64,000 nt of DNA from contig NW_003314348.1 in NCBI RefSeq assembly GCF_000143415.4, positions 124,001 through 188,000 of the forward strand. The letters are read 5' to 3'. Positions 40,726 to 52,649 of this stretch are shown here, piece by piece. The notes beneath the pieces are model-generated. The model had not been told where the DNA came from. It did no database searches and saw only the letters and a list, made by a program, of their open reading frames with translations. Made by a program: the position numbers and the translations under genes. Each line of letters begins with the position of its first letter. The stretch's first letter is position 1. This DNA is from Selaginella moellendorffii (Eukaryota > Plantae > Lycopodiophyta).

Positions 40726-41555
40726 TCTTCCATGCACTCACATTGATGACATTAAGAGGCAGTAAGAGTGCTTTAATTTTAGCTTTTACATTGTCTAGAT
40801 TTTTCTTATTCTTATAGCTTTTCCATTTTTATTTTTATTGTTTTCTTCTTCTCATTCATTATTATAGCAGAGTATCCTTCAAGAGCAATAATTAGTGTAA
40901 TTGCTCAATGTTATATATTAGCAATTGAATAATCAAACTCAATTTAGTGTTATATAATCTCTTTAAGTTCTTTAAGTTGGATTTCCCCGACCCAGTATTA
41001 CTCAAACTTAAAGGTACTTAACCCAAATAAAATGTACTCTTATTCATAGATTAATATTTTAAATTGTTTTTTTTTATTGCTTACATGTTCATAGCATATA
41101 ATGTAACTTTTCATGCTTTTGCTACCAATATTCATATTTAGTAGAATTTCTTTTGTGGGAATCCTAAAGATGATATATACTATTAATTTGATCACATTGC
41201 CACTTATTATTCTTAGGATGATATTTTACATCTATATAAATTTTTCTCATGGCTCTTAAAGATAGCATTACAATGGTACAATAGCTTGAGTGTATATATT
41301 CATATAAATTAAAGTTTTCTTCCAAACTTCTTCAAGTGCACATTTAGACATACTGATGATTATAATAATGCTTTCAAGCAACTGTATTTATTATAAACCT
41401 TTTGAGTTAGTTATATAATTTGATGTTTACTTCTAAAGTTTTTTTATTCAGAGTTAAATACATCAGACTAAATTAAGTTGGGAATATTGTGGCTAATACT
41501 TTGTCAAAATTTTATAAAGCTTATGCATATACTTGCCCCACTTGACAATACTCAT
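40726..41555 (+). mobile_element. Hypermutated relic of the 6612-11620 gypsy family (LTR end, PBS, 5' UTR, gag)
   Basis: ttccatgcactcacattgatga equals LTR end plus PBS. 41086-41555 is colinear with gag 7120-7615, with mostly C>T/G>A differences. Confidence 0.88.
40950..41085 (-). mobile_element. Internally deleted Cassandra-like solo LTR inserted into the gypsy relic
   Basis: Ends ttgcttaca (reverse of the LTR start tgtaagcaa) and contains gacccagtattactcaaac (5S core, reverse). Interrupts the gag alignment. Confidence 0.65.
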
Positions 41556-42289
41556 AAAACTTGTTTAATTCAATATCTAATAATTTAATTTTATTAAAGT
41601 ATATCTCTTAAATTTTTTTTTTTTTACTAAAATATAGTTTAATGTTAACATTTTGGTTTGCCATCTAGGCAAATCAGTGTTTAAGCATATGCTGTTTAAA
41701 TGGCTGAGATTCTAGGTTCTATATCTTTTATGATTGTGATTTGTTTTATTAACAACTATGGTTTAAAAATTTTAATCAGCAATTGTCGGATTTTTAGCAT
41801 CTCGCAAGCAATTGATCGTAGTATCAGTAATTAAACTTTGTGGGAGCACAACCCAGAGTCCTAGAATTTTTCGAAGAGCTCCATGATGAGAAGTAGCACA
41901 GTAAGTGGAGGACTGGACAAGGATAGAGGTGGCATCGTCGCAGCTGGCGAGGGGCCGACGATAGTGACTCTGGGCGAGCTCGTCCAAAGGTTGATAGGCT
42001 AAGATCTTCGACAAGACTTGAAGCTTAAACTCCTTACTGGAACTCCCAGCTAGAAAACTTTTATGAATGATGCTAGTATTTTGACACAATCTAGGTGAGC
42101 TATAAGTTGGAATCCTTCTGAAATGCTTTGCCTACAAATGTTGTGCACCTCATGGAGAATTGACCAATCTACATTGAGCTTCACATTACATCCATCCTAC
42201 ACTTAAACTAGCTAAACTTAAGACTGGGAATAAGTTGGTCTCCTTCGTTTTTTGGTTTTATGATTTTCTCTCTTTCCTTTCTTCCTCAG

Positions 42290-42530
42290 ATACTACAAGG
42301 CTCTAGTTTGAGAATTGAAGAGATTCCAGGTTTTCAATTGAGAACCGACTCCATTGCCAAACGAAGGAAGCTGGACTGCTATGCCTTGGAGAGATGCCAG
42401 AGTCACGGTTTTGGCAGTGGCTGTCACTGAACACGCTGTTCTAGCCGCAGAGCTAGCTGCAAAAGAGTCCGACCTCGCCAATTAAGAGCTCAAGATTGAA
42501 CAAGCGGCTGCCGGGCATGAAGAAAAAACG
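42290..42530 (+). pseudogene. Unidentified GC-balanced coding-like exon with C>T-type stop codons
   Basis: Between cctcag| and |gtaag the frame reads YYKALV*ELKRFQVFN*EPTPLP...LAAELAAKESDLAN*ELKIEQ. All stops are TGA/TAA and could derive from CGA/CAA. Confidence 0.35.
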
Positions 42531-44188
42531 TAAGTTCTCTCCTCTCTTGAGGTTGATGCTAAAGCTTGCTCTTGTTTCTCTCAGTAATGAACAGTCATCA
42601 ACTCACATGATTCAAGAGGCAAGTGGGCTCGTTTTTACTTCCTTTTTTCGAAGCTTTCTTTGTTCCAACAGCTCTGCCACAAGATGCAGTAAAGCAAAGA
42701 CCAAGAGGAGCCGGAAGTGGTAATATACACGAAAATGACGATGGTGTATGGTCAGGGTGGTTGAGTGTCCAATGCCAAGCAAGATATTATTGTGATTATT
42801 ATTATTATAATTATTGGAGAAAGCATAAATATATTCAAGCTACGCTAATGCGATCAATAATTCATTTATTTAGATTGCTCTGTATGACAAAAAAGTAGCT
42901 CTGCTCGGAACGTGACCATTTTTTTCTTGTTGTAAATTACTTTCTTATTCCTCTTCTTGAAGCCTGGTGCCTTGTTTCCAAGAAACGAAGAGTTCGCTTC
43001 TTTCTTTTTCACACTAACGCTAAGTTCAGTGTTCTTCCAGCGTAATGGTCCATAATTGCAGCTAGTCCCGTACAGTCACGCATCCCAGACGTCTTGTTGC
43101 TGTGTTTAGGAAATGTTTCTATTACCAAGAGCCAGAAAAGAAGTCAAGTGTTTGCATCTGATTTGAGCTGTCGTTCTTCTAAGCGTGTTTCTTCCATATA
43201 TATCTTGCCGCCTCATCCACACAGAAGTTTGAGTGTGAAAGAACACCGCTCTCGCTTTTCTCTTATTTTCTCTCCAATTCTTTGGTTTAAAGCTCTTTTG
43301 TTTCCTTGTGCCGAAGGACAAAGCATGGCACAGACTTGTCAAGGTTTGAGCATGACACAATGGACTGGACTATGGAAACTAGTAAGCAGCGGTAAGTCCT
43401 TGATCAGGCATGACAAGGTGTGCCGCGAGATGTGCTAAAGTCAGCTGGTATCCCGGTCACAAACAAGTGGCTCGCACATGAATATCTAAGCTCTCGGATC
43501 AGAACAAGCAATCTGGAAGTCGGATGGACGCAAGAATTTGGGATCCGCTAGTCTATCTTCCTCGATTCCACCTGGATGGAATAGAAGTCTGGCCTTCAAA
43601 GATACACATATAAAAGATGGATGGGACCGACAAGCCTTTACGAAGTCAGCCTGAAAAGTCTAGTTGTTTTGCTCGCGGTGAACAAATCTAGGATTTACCC
43701 AACCTACCATTCTCAAAGTAGTCAAAGGAGCGCTTTTCTATCCTTGTTAACCATTATCTTTCTTGACACTTTCAAGGAACTGTTTTCTTTTTTTTTTCGT
43801 AGTTTTGCTAGTAGAATAAGAGGGCCTTACGTTGTCTAATTCACCAGTCGTGATCATCGATATCGAACAAAACATAAGAACAGAAGTAGATGCATGTAGT
43901 AGACAAAGTCCTGCTCTGATTAACAATGTAAAACGCGCGTTTGCCGTCTAGAAGGAATTCACGAGTTGTGATTATCGATATCAAACAAAGCATAAAAACA
44001 GAAGCAACCAGAAGTATAAAAGTGGTGACAAGTGATTATTTGATGTAAGCCGTGCGTTTGGCAAAAATCCAAGTCGTGCCCATCAAACAATCAAAGCCGA
44101 CCTCACTCAGGAACAGAAGTATTAATCGAGAGACGACGTAGAAAACTTCACTCGTATTGTTTATTACTTTTGACACAATGCCTTGCTT

Positions 44189-45454
44189 TCACTTGTGGAA
44201 CTCCACTACTGATATGAAGTCTACAGTCACGGGAACTTTGACGCTCGAGAAGCCCGACGCCTTGGCGAGCTTCTCAAAATCCTCAAACGTCCTCTCCTTG
44301 CCACCCGGATTGTAGACGAGCATCAAGAGATCGATGCTGAGCGCCACTCGAGCTCCAGCACCCGTGTCCAGCACCGAGGGCAGAACGGAATCCACCACAA
44401 TGACTTTTCCGTGCTCGGGGATGGACTTGTAGCAGTTCTTGAGCAGCGTGATGCAAGCCTCATCGCTCCAGTCGTGCAGGATCCACTGGTCAACGCACGG
44501 TCAGCTCCAGTCGACAATAGTCAACGAGAGGGGGCGCTTGCTTACCTTCATGAAGATGGCGTCTCCTTGCGGGACGCTCACAAACATGTCCCCGCCAACG
44601 TGCTCCACACCTGGATATTCCCACACGGAAGTGAGAAATTCAATCGCTTCCGTGCTAGCTAGATTTGTTACCTGGAATTTGAGGAGCCTTGGCAACGACG
44701 TGAGGAAGATCGAAGTTGATCCCTTTGATCTCGGGATACTTCTTGAGAATCACCGCCAGAGAAGTCCCGACTCCACCACCAACGTCGACTAGTGTCCCAA
44801 TTCCCTTGAACCCGTGGTAGGCCTCCAGGATGGCGTTCATGTAGAGCTTAGAGTGATTGGACATGGCGGCGTGGAAGAGATTGTTGACCCTGGAATTCTC
44901 CTTTCCCAGCTCAAACTCGGTCTGCCCAAACGCCTTGGTGAAGGGCTCGCCGCCGTCAAGAACAGCTTCGTGGAGATATTGCCAGGTCTCCATGAACACC
45001 TAAATTCCCCCCAAAAAAAAAACAGAGTGATACTCCGGATCAAAATGCGGATGGAAAGAAGAGAAATTCGAGGAGTTCCCACCTTGTCTTGATTCATGAG
45101 GACGTGATGCGCCAGAGAGACCCCTCTCTCGTCCTTGATGAGATGCTTACACATGGAAGTAAGCCCATACTTGCGCACGCCCCCTTCGTCCACCTCCTTG
45201 AAGATCTTGCGGCTGGCCAGGACTCGCATGATCCGGTCGAGGTAGATCGGCGACATGGGGCTGGAGCACTCGGGGATCTGTGACACTATCTCGGCGGCGG
45301 ACAGAAGCCCGCCAGGCCCCGCCTTTTCGATCCGCTCCGCCACATCCATCTCCACCGCTACTTTGAGCGCCATGGGCACCGAACACATGGTCGCGAGCTC
45401 CATTATCTGGAGGCGATCTTCATCCTCCACGATCACTCCCCCGGCAGACCCCAT
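44189..45454 (-). CDS. COMT: Caffeic acid/5-hydroxyconiferaldehyde O-methyltransferase; exons 45454-45083, 44999-44672, 44610-44546, 44485-44189 (353 aa)
   Basis: Dimerisation domain, [27 protein letters not shown], catalytic [14 protein letters not shown]. Confidence 0.95.
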
Positions 45455-46112
45455 ATCCTCGAATTCTTCGAGCGATCGATAAAGATCTTTGCCAGAAGAG
45501 AGAGAGAGAGAGAGTAAGAGTGGAGAGAGAGCGAGAGAGCGAGATAGAGAGAGAGAGAGGGGGATAGGGAAGATGATATAGGTATAGAGCAGTGCTTACG
45601 CGCTGTAGATTTCTAATTTAACCACCATGCCTACTCTTCCAAGAGCTTTATCTCTCAAGGACTCATAGAGCAAAAGAAGAACAGCGAAGTCTCGGATCCA
45701 GCAGGCAGCAACAATCAGCTCTAATGTTTTTGGGGCCCTTTTTTCTGTGGCACCCATGTCCAAAAGAAGTATCAACTTCAGAAGTTGGGAGGGACCCTTT
45801 GCTTGCGTTTTACTCGTTCAAACCGTGTTATGAAATTGTTACACGAGAAAGGGTAAAAAGTTGGCGGATTACTTACATGTGGCCATTTCCTATGCAACGT
45901 AAGCGTGATGTCGCAAGAAGCCACACGGACTCTGTAGTTGCCAAAGGGCGTCTGCTTTTAAATCTCCGCTTTCTCGTAGCTGATTCTCAGAGCTTCCCCA
46001 AAGCTCGCACTCTTTCCCCTCACTCTTTGTATCTTGACGGACAGTCTTTCCCTGCGATCGACCAATTGGATCGACGCTGCTCACTCAAGTGGTATCACTC
46101 ACTCAGTCAGTC
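45455..46112. promoter_or_regulatory. 658-bp bidirectional promoter shared by COMT and F5H; (GA)n microsatellite at ~45496-45560
   Basis: Head-to-head ATGs at 45454 and 46113. The GA/CT tract lies in the COMT leader. TATA-like motifs near 45575-45590 (-) and 45956 (+). Confidence 0.75.
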
Positions 46113-47824
46113 ATGAATCTCTCCTCGATCATGGGCGAGTACACACAGCATGACAATTTCACGGCCGTGGCCTCGCTCTCGCTCGTCCTCGCCGCCGCGA
46201 TTGCGCTCCTCGCTGCCTTGTACTCCCGGCTGAGGAACTCCAAGCGCCCGCCGCTGCCCCCATCGCCGCCCTCCAAGCTCATCACCGGCCACCTCCACCT
46301 CCTGGACCAGCTTCCCAATCAGTCCCTGTACAAGCTCGCCAAGATCTACGGCCCGCTCATTCAGCTCCGCCTGGGTGTGGTGCCGGTGGTGGTAGCGTCC
46401 ACCGCGGAGATGGCCCGGGAGTTCCTCAAGGTGAACGACTCCGTGTGTGCGTCCCGGCCGAGGATGGCCGCCCAGAAGATTATCACGTACAATTTCACGG
46501 ACATCGGGTGGGCCGCGTATGGTGCTCACTGGCGGCAGCTCCGTAAGATTTGCACGCTGGAGCTCTTCACGCACCGGCGGATGCAGGAGACGGCGAAGGT
46601 TCGAGCCCGGGAGCTGGCAGACACCATGGCCGGCATTTACCGCGACCGGGAGACGAGCATCAACATGAACACCCGGATCTTCTCGCTCACCATGAACGTG
46701 ATCAACCAGATGGTGATGCGCAAGAAGCCATTCTCCGGCTCCGACACCACGGAGGCGCGGGAGTTTATCGACCTCATTAATGGAGTCTTCATGGTGTGGG
46801 GAGCGTTCAACATTGGAGATTACATTCCGGGACTTTCCATCTTTGACTTCCAGGGGTATATCGGCATGGCCAAGGTCCTCCACAAGAAGCTCGACCATCT
46901 CCTAGACAAGGTAATTGAGGAGCACATCCAGCGGCGGATGGCCAAGTCGGACGAGCCGCCGGACTTCGTGGACGTGCTTCTCGCGCTCACGCTCGAGGAC
47001 GGGAGCAAGGTCAGCCACAAGACGATCAAAGGCATAATTGTGGTAAGTGATCCTTTCCCACTGAGTGGGTTCTAGTCAAAAGTGGGATCGATCATTCGCC
47101 CATGACGAAGAGAGATCAAAGACGAGAGGGGGTGGCGGGCGATCTCGAGAGATATTTTATTTGATGTCTATCTCTTCTCTTTGTGCAGGACATGATAGCC
47201 GGAGGAACCGACACGGCAGCTGTTACCATCGAATGGGCCCTCTCCGAGCTCATGCGAAAGCCACACATCCTCAAGAAGGCCCAGGAGGAGATGGACCGAG
47301 TCGTAGGGCGGGACAGGGTGGTGGACGAGTCCGACTTGCCAAACTTGCCATACCTCGAGTGTATCGTCAAGGAGGCACTCCGGCTCCATCCCTCGGTGCC
47401 CATCCTCCGCCACGAGTCCATCGAAGACTGCGTGGTTGCCGGCTACCGGATCCCCAAGGGAACGGGTATCATGATTAACGTTTGGGCGATTGGGAGAGAC
47501 TCAGCAACCTGGGAGAACCCAATGGAGTTTGATCCGGACAGATTCATATCGGCTGGTAATACTTTGGACGTGCGGGGCAATCACTTTGATCTCATTCCCT
47601 TCGGTTCCGGGCGGAGGATGTGCCCAGGAATGCCGCTGGGCATCAGCATGCTGCAGATGAGCCTTGGCCGATTCATCCAGTGCTTCGACTGGGGGCTGCC
47701 ACCGGAGATGAAATCAGCCGAGGAGATCGACATGACGGAGACCTTCGGGCTCACGGTTCCTCGCAAATATCCCTTGCATGCAGTGCCTATTCCGCGGCTG
47801 CCGGCCCATCTCTATCAAGCTTGA
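46113..47824 (+). CDS. F5H: CYP71-clan P450, Selaginella ferulate 5-hydroxylase / phenylpropanoid meta-hydroxylase (CYP788A1-like); exons 46113-47042, 47189-47824 (521 aa)
   Basis: PPLPPSPP, AGGTDT, EALR, PDRF, PFGSGRRMCPG. The F5H identity rests on the divergent linkage to COMT and on recall of the Selaginella protein, not on a search. Confidence 0.85.
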
Positions 47825-48289
47825 TCCAAACAAAAGGTGAAGTTCCAAACGAAGAGAAAGCGCAAAGAAAAGAGAGATAACTCTCTCCATCCTCAATAGT
47901 CGTATTTCAATTTGAGTAGTGTGTACATGTCGTGGTTTTAGAAAATGGATGTGGAGCCAGGCAGTCCAAGGGATGTCGGGAGGTCTATCATCCATCAAGA
48001 AACACAGGGTCAAGGGTGATAATAAATTTATTTTTATGCTTAAATCTATAGAATACGGTGCATTAGCCAGCACTGATCAAGTTTTTTGGAATGAATAACA
48101 ACCGACATGTTTAAGTGATAAAGCTGGAAAATAGAAAGGTGGTCCAAGTCCTCTCCTCACCGTCAAGTGGTTCACATATGGCATGATCGAACGTGAGGCA
48201 CAAAGATTTTTGGGAGTGAAGTTCTAAGGTGGGCATTTCCAAATTTTCATACCAAAGAGCTAGTTTGTTTTAAGTAAGAAATCGTTAGT

Positions 48290-51064
48290 TAACATATAAT
48301 TTATTATTATTCAAAAAATCATATTTCTAAATGAGATGGTAGTGGATATACTTAGAATATGCTTGATTATTTTAAGATCTACCATCTAACGGTTGTTATT
48401 CATTTAGATTAATCTTGTATTTATAATTTATAAAAATTCCTAAACACTTCTTAGTATATTCTTTTTTATTCTACCATCTAATGGTTAATATGTAATAAGA
48501 TTAATCTTGATCTATAAATTATAATTTAAAAATACTAAATAAGTATGACACTACTATTAAGCAAATCAAGTGTTGCTGCATGCAATGCACAACAAATTAT
48601 TTGTGTTTTAATTCTATTTTGTGCTTTTTTCAGTATATAATATATCTATAAATAACATTATGTGGTATGTGTTTTTTGTTCATTGTTTTATCTACAATTT
48701 ATTGATAGTTTATGTTGATTATTAGGATATCACTTAGTATTGCATTAGGATGTCACCTAACTTGCTGTTTGTTTTTTTGTCAAACATTAAGATCTTCCTA
48801 CACTATTGATTCTTTTTGTTAATTATTAAGATTTATGTTGTATTAAATTCTTAAACTGTTTATCACTATTGATGTTTTTGCGAATTGTTATGTCACCTAT
48901 TCTACTAATTTGCTTTTATATAATTCAATACTGTCTTTTGGCAGCCCCCAAAAAACATAAGACCAACAGATTTAAATAGGCTGTTGATGTCTTTTATGGT
49001 CTCCCCCTCTGGTGTGCCAACTATGACTTGTATTACCAAGGATGAAATAAAAGTTAGAACCTAAGAGTTGGATATGTAAAATAGTCATTAATGATGTGGT
49101 TTACATCTTACACTTTATCAAGGCAAGAGGGGCAGAATTACAATTCTCATAGGATCTTTGGCTTGGTGTGATATCCTAACTCCACCATGTGTTAATTCGG
49201 CAACTTGCAAGAATCTTTATTGTTAGGCTTATCCTTTAGAGGGTTGTTAGCTAATTGTTTTTTTTTGTATTGTATCATATCAAATTTGTTCTAAGGGCTT
49301 TTTAAATTAGCTTAATTTGCAATACCACATTGGAATGTCTATGTTGTGGTAACAAGTACTTGTTACCACCCATAAACCTTTTTTTTTTTCACATTGCGTG
49401 AACCTAGGTGTGCCATATAACAAACACTTGATTGGGTGGGAGAGTTCAATGAAATTGAATTTGATATAATTAATGCATAAAAGGGCAAAAGAGGTTTATG
49501 TGTTGATCATTCATCCACAGCTAAATACATTATGCAATAGACTATATAGATTAATAATTGTTTTTTCTAGAGAATTAAACACTTTTGAAGGGAGATATAA
49601 TGTAGAGTGACACAACCCATCAAAAGCTAAACTAATATCTAAGTTGACCATATAATTTTCTAAATCTTTAGTATGTCATTCTTTTTTTACTTCTTTGACG
49701 TACATTTCAATATGGTTTTATGTTTCATAGTTGAAGTGGCTCCTACAATAAATGAGTATATTGTGCAGGGCAATGTAAGGGTTAAGGAGGTTGTTGTAGT
49801 GCTGTATAATTGTGGAGGTGATAAAGAATATTCTAAGCATATTTCATAGTATATAGTAAGAGTATATTCTAAAGTTTCACATGACATTATACCTTTCTTT
49901 ATTCATTTTTGGCACACCACATGGGAAAGAGTGACTTTATAATTTTCTTGCTTTGTGAATCTAAAAGATTGAAAGAAATAAAGGTAAAAAATTTGTGGTT
50001 TAGGTGATTTGATACATAAACTTTGGAAAAACAATTCTTGTGGGATATGGTTGCAAAGGAGCCACATGTAAGTAATTGTTTGGTCATCAAGATATTTTGA
50101 AGTGATTTGAGATTTTTAGTATTTGGTGTGTTTAATTTAAGATGTTTTGTTTTTTTTCTTATGCCTATGTCTATAACAGGAGATACACACTCAACACTAG
50201 AAATTTCAAGGCAAAAATTCTTTGATATTTGAGATATTATCAAGAAGTCCACTTTATAGTTTAGATGCTGGTGAAGTATCAAATAGAGTTGTATCAATGG
50301 GGTCATTACTTGACTTTTTATTCTTCCAGAGCTAGAAAAAATAGCAATCAATCTTTATAGCATCACAATTTTACCAAAATTCTTGGATATAAACAAGAAA
50401 GAGCCATGGGTATACTTGGATTTGGTAGAGTTATTCTTGGAGGTTTTGGATGTGACAAATGCTACCTTATAATACCAGTAGGAGGATGTTTGGGCTCTAT
50501 ATGGAAGTGATCTATTAGCAAAGGCAATATTGCACCATACGGAGTTGTTAAAGCAAAATAACAAAAGTGTAAGTGACTAAATTTTCCATTCTACTTTAAT
50601 CACTTAACCACACCTCTAACTATTTGGAGGAGTCTCACTCACAACGTCCATAAGTCCTATTCCAGACTTGGGCCTGAGAATGACATCCACGCCACTTAAC
50701 TTTTACACTTGGTCCAAGTGCTTTATATGTCCAATCCCATAACTAACACTTAAAGGTACTACCAACATATTAGCTCGTTATGCTAATGCTATGCTCATTC
50801 TTCTTTGTCACACGGTGATTCAACATTACTTATATTATAGTCCCATTTCTCAAAAACTAAGCCATCCATTCATGAGTGATCATCCTAAATCCACTCCTTA
50901 ACATCCTTAGGATGCCCGCAGACATAAAGAACAACCTTCCCCAATATCCCTTTTTCGGTCCCCATCAAGTCCCTTTCTATCCATAGTTGTATTCACTAAC
51001 ATTGCCACTGGGTTAAGGCCCTTAGGCTCGATTATTAAGTCTCACTATCCTCTAGGATTTACTC
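48290..51064. mobile_element. AT-rich decayed transposon-derived block
   Basis: CpG-poor, only stop-ridden frames, local duplication (ctaccatctaaYggtt at ~48379 and ~48471). Family not identifiable by eye. Confidence 0.45.
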
Positions 51065-51155
51065 ACTATTGTAAGCAACTAAAGGGAACGACTTGAGAGA
51101 TGATCCATGGGGTTTAAATATAAAAGGAAAGGGCCCACGAATAAAAGTGCACCTC

Positions 51156-52649
51156 TGTTGCGAATGTGACTTTGGGTATCAAAAATTACCATTTGGCCAG
51201 TACTTATAAGCACTCTTTCCTTACTGCCATGGCGGCAAGAGGTCGGTACTGCTAGTTCCCATCATTAGTCCCTCTTGTCCAAGTGTTAGTAAACTGGGCT
51301 TAGCATCTGTACTTAGCTAAATGGACATAAGGTAGGAACTCCTATGTGTTTTTAGCTAAGCATTCTCGGCCTGGCTTTTAGTTCTCTTTTGTTCTGTCTT
51401 GCATTGGCTTGGCAAAAACCCTCGCGTATTGAGACTAATCCCTCAATATCGCTAGATGATAGCTTATTGTATTTGCCAAACACCCTCGCTTGACAATACG
51501 GTCATGGAAACAAGAGAATGAGAATAAAAAAAATGGCTCAAATCATATAGCAATATGGCTATAGAACTCAAATCATGCCCTTTGTGTTAGTTTCATTTCG
51601 GTCCCAAATGCTATTTATGGAAAATGTTTAGATTTGCTCATTTGGCATATCTACAGAATGTAGAGATTGTCCTGAACACAATGGTGTTCATTCCGTGTCC
51701 AAATTCGCAATCTAGTGCCATTCCATATTTAATAAGTTTTGAGCTTGTCCTAGAGACTAACTCCTGATACTAAGGGAAGCTTGGGGTGAAAGCCCGGAGC
51801 GTGTGTTCCTCAAGGGGGGGGGGGATATGGGGGGTTCCAAATGTATAATAAGGATGGTGGGTAAGTTGGGCATGGCTAACCAACCTAAGGCATAGTCTAG
51901 CTTTTGCTTGCATGCCTGTCTTTGTTTTGCATCCGACTTGGGTTTAAGCCCAAGCTCCACACCATACTAGCTGGTGGAGTACCCATGTCCTCACATTAGG
52001 CCACCGGTATGCTAAAATAGTGCCAAACTCTGTTTGGCTCCGTTTTGCATGCTGGTCTTGACATTAGTTACTCTAGGACTGTTCCAAGTCACTCCATGCT
52101 CCTGTCCCTTCGCTCCTTGGGTTGTACGCTCAGGAGTCATTTTGTGCTCCAGTGCCATCACTCCTTAGTGTAAGCAATCAAAGGGAATATCTTGAGAGAC
52201 GATCCATGGGGTTTAAATATAGAGGGAAAGGGCCCATGAACAAAAGTGCACCCCCTTTTCCAATCGGTTAAGGGTCTTAAGATATTTGGAGTTAAATGTC
52301 CTTGGGTTTGAATAGTATTGGGCTGGGTGACCTCCTAGGAAGTCCAAATTCAGGAACTTACACTTAGCTCTATATTTAGGAGTTTGGCACCATTCCTTAG
52401 TTCAGTGGCCCAAGGCTCTGAAACTCGGGTTCCACACTATTGTCCAAAGGACAATATGGCATATGACACGTGGCATCTATCATGTGGCACAAAGAGGGTT
52501 TAGGTTCCGTTCCACACCATTGTCCTTTAGACATGTGGCATATGACACATGGCATCTATCATGTGGCATAAAGAGGGTCTAGGTTCCATTTTATGGTTAT
52601 CCTATGATAAATGACTATAGGATAAAGGGGAAAAACCATGTGTATTACA
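51156..52649 (+). mobile_element. Solo LTR of the ~1.3-kb LTR family nested in the Cassandra-like 5' LTR
   Basis: Starts tgttgc, ends ttaca, TSD ACCTC/ACCCC. The same start follows a PPT at 56191. Contains a ~79-bp tandem duplication at 52430-52590. Confidence 0.82.
52169..52362 (+). mobile_element. Cassandra-like solo LTR (194 bp) with 5S rRNA-derived core
   Basis: tgtaagc...cttaca with perfect TSD CTTAG (52164-52168 / 52363-52367). agttaaatgtccttgggtttgaatagtattgggctgggtgacctcctaggaagtcc aligns without gaps to the plant 5S A-box to C-box region. Confidence 0.92.

Noticed and set aside
46107-46898. 263-aa antisense ORF over F5H exon 1
   Set aside because: Shadow ORF from high GC3 codon usage.
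48340-48610. Helitron 3' terminus
   Set aside because: Only a vague hairpin-like gcatgcaatgcac, with no clear CTRR end or Rep/helicase motifs.
52291-52345. A genuine 5S rRNA gene
   Set aside because: Only the internal ~55 nt match, embedded in TG..CA LTRs with TSDs; the 5S termini are missing.
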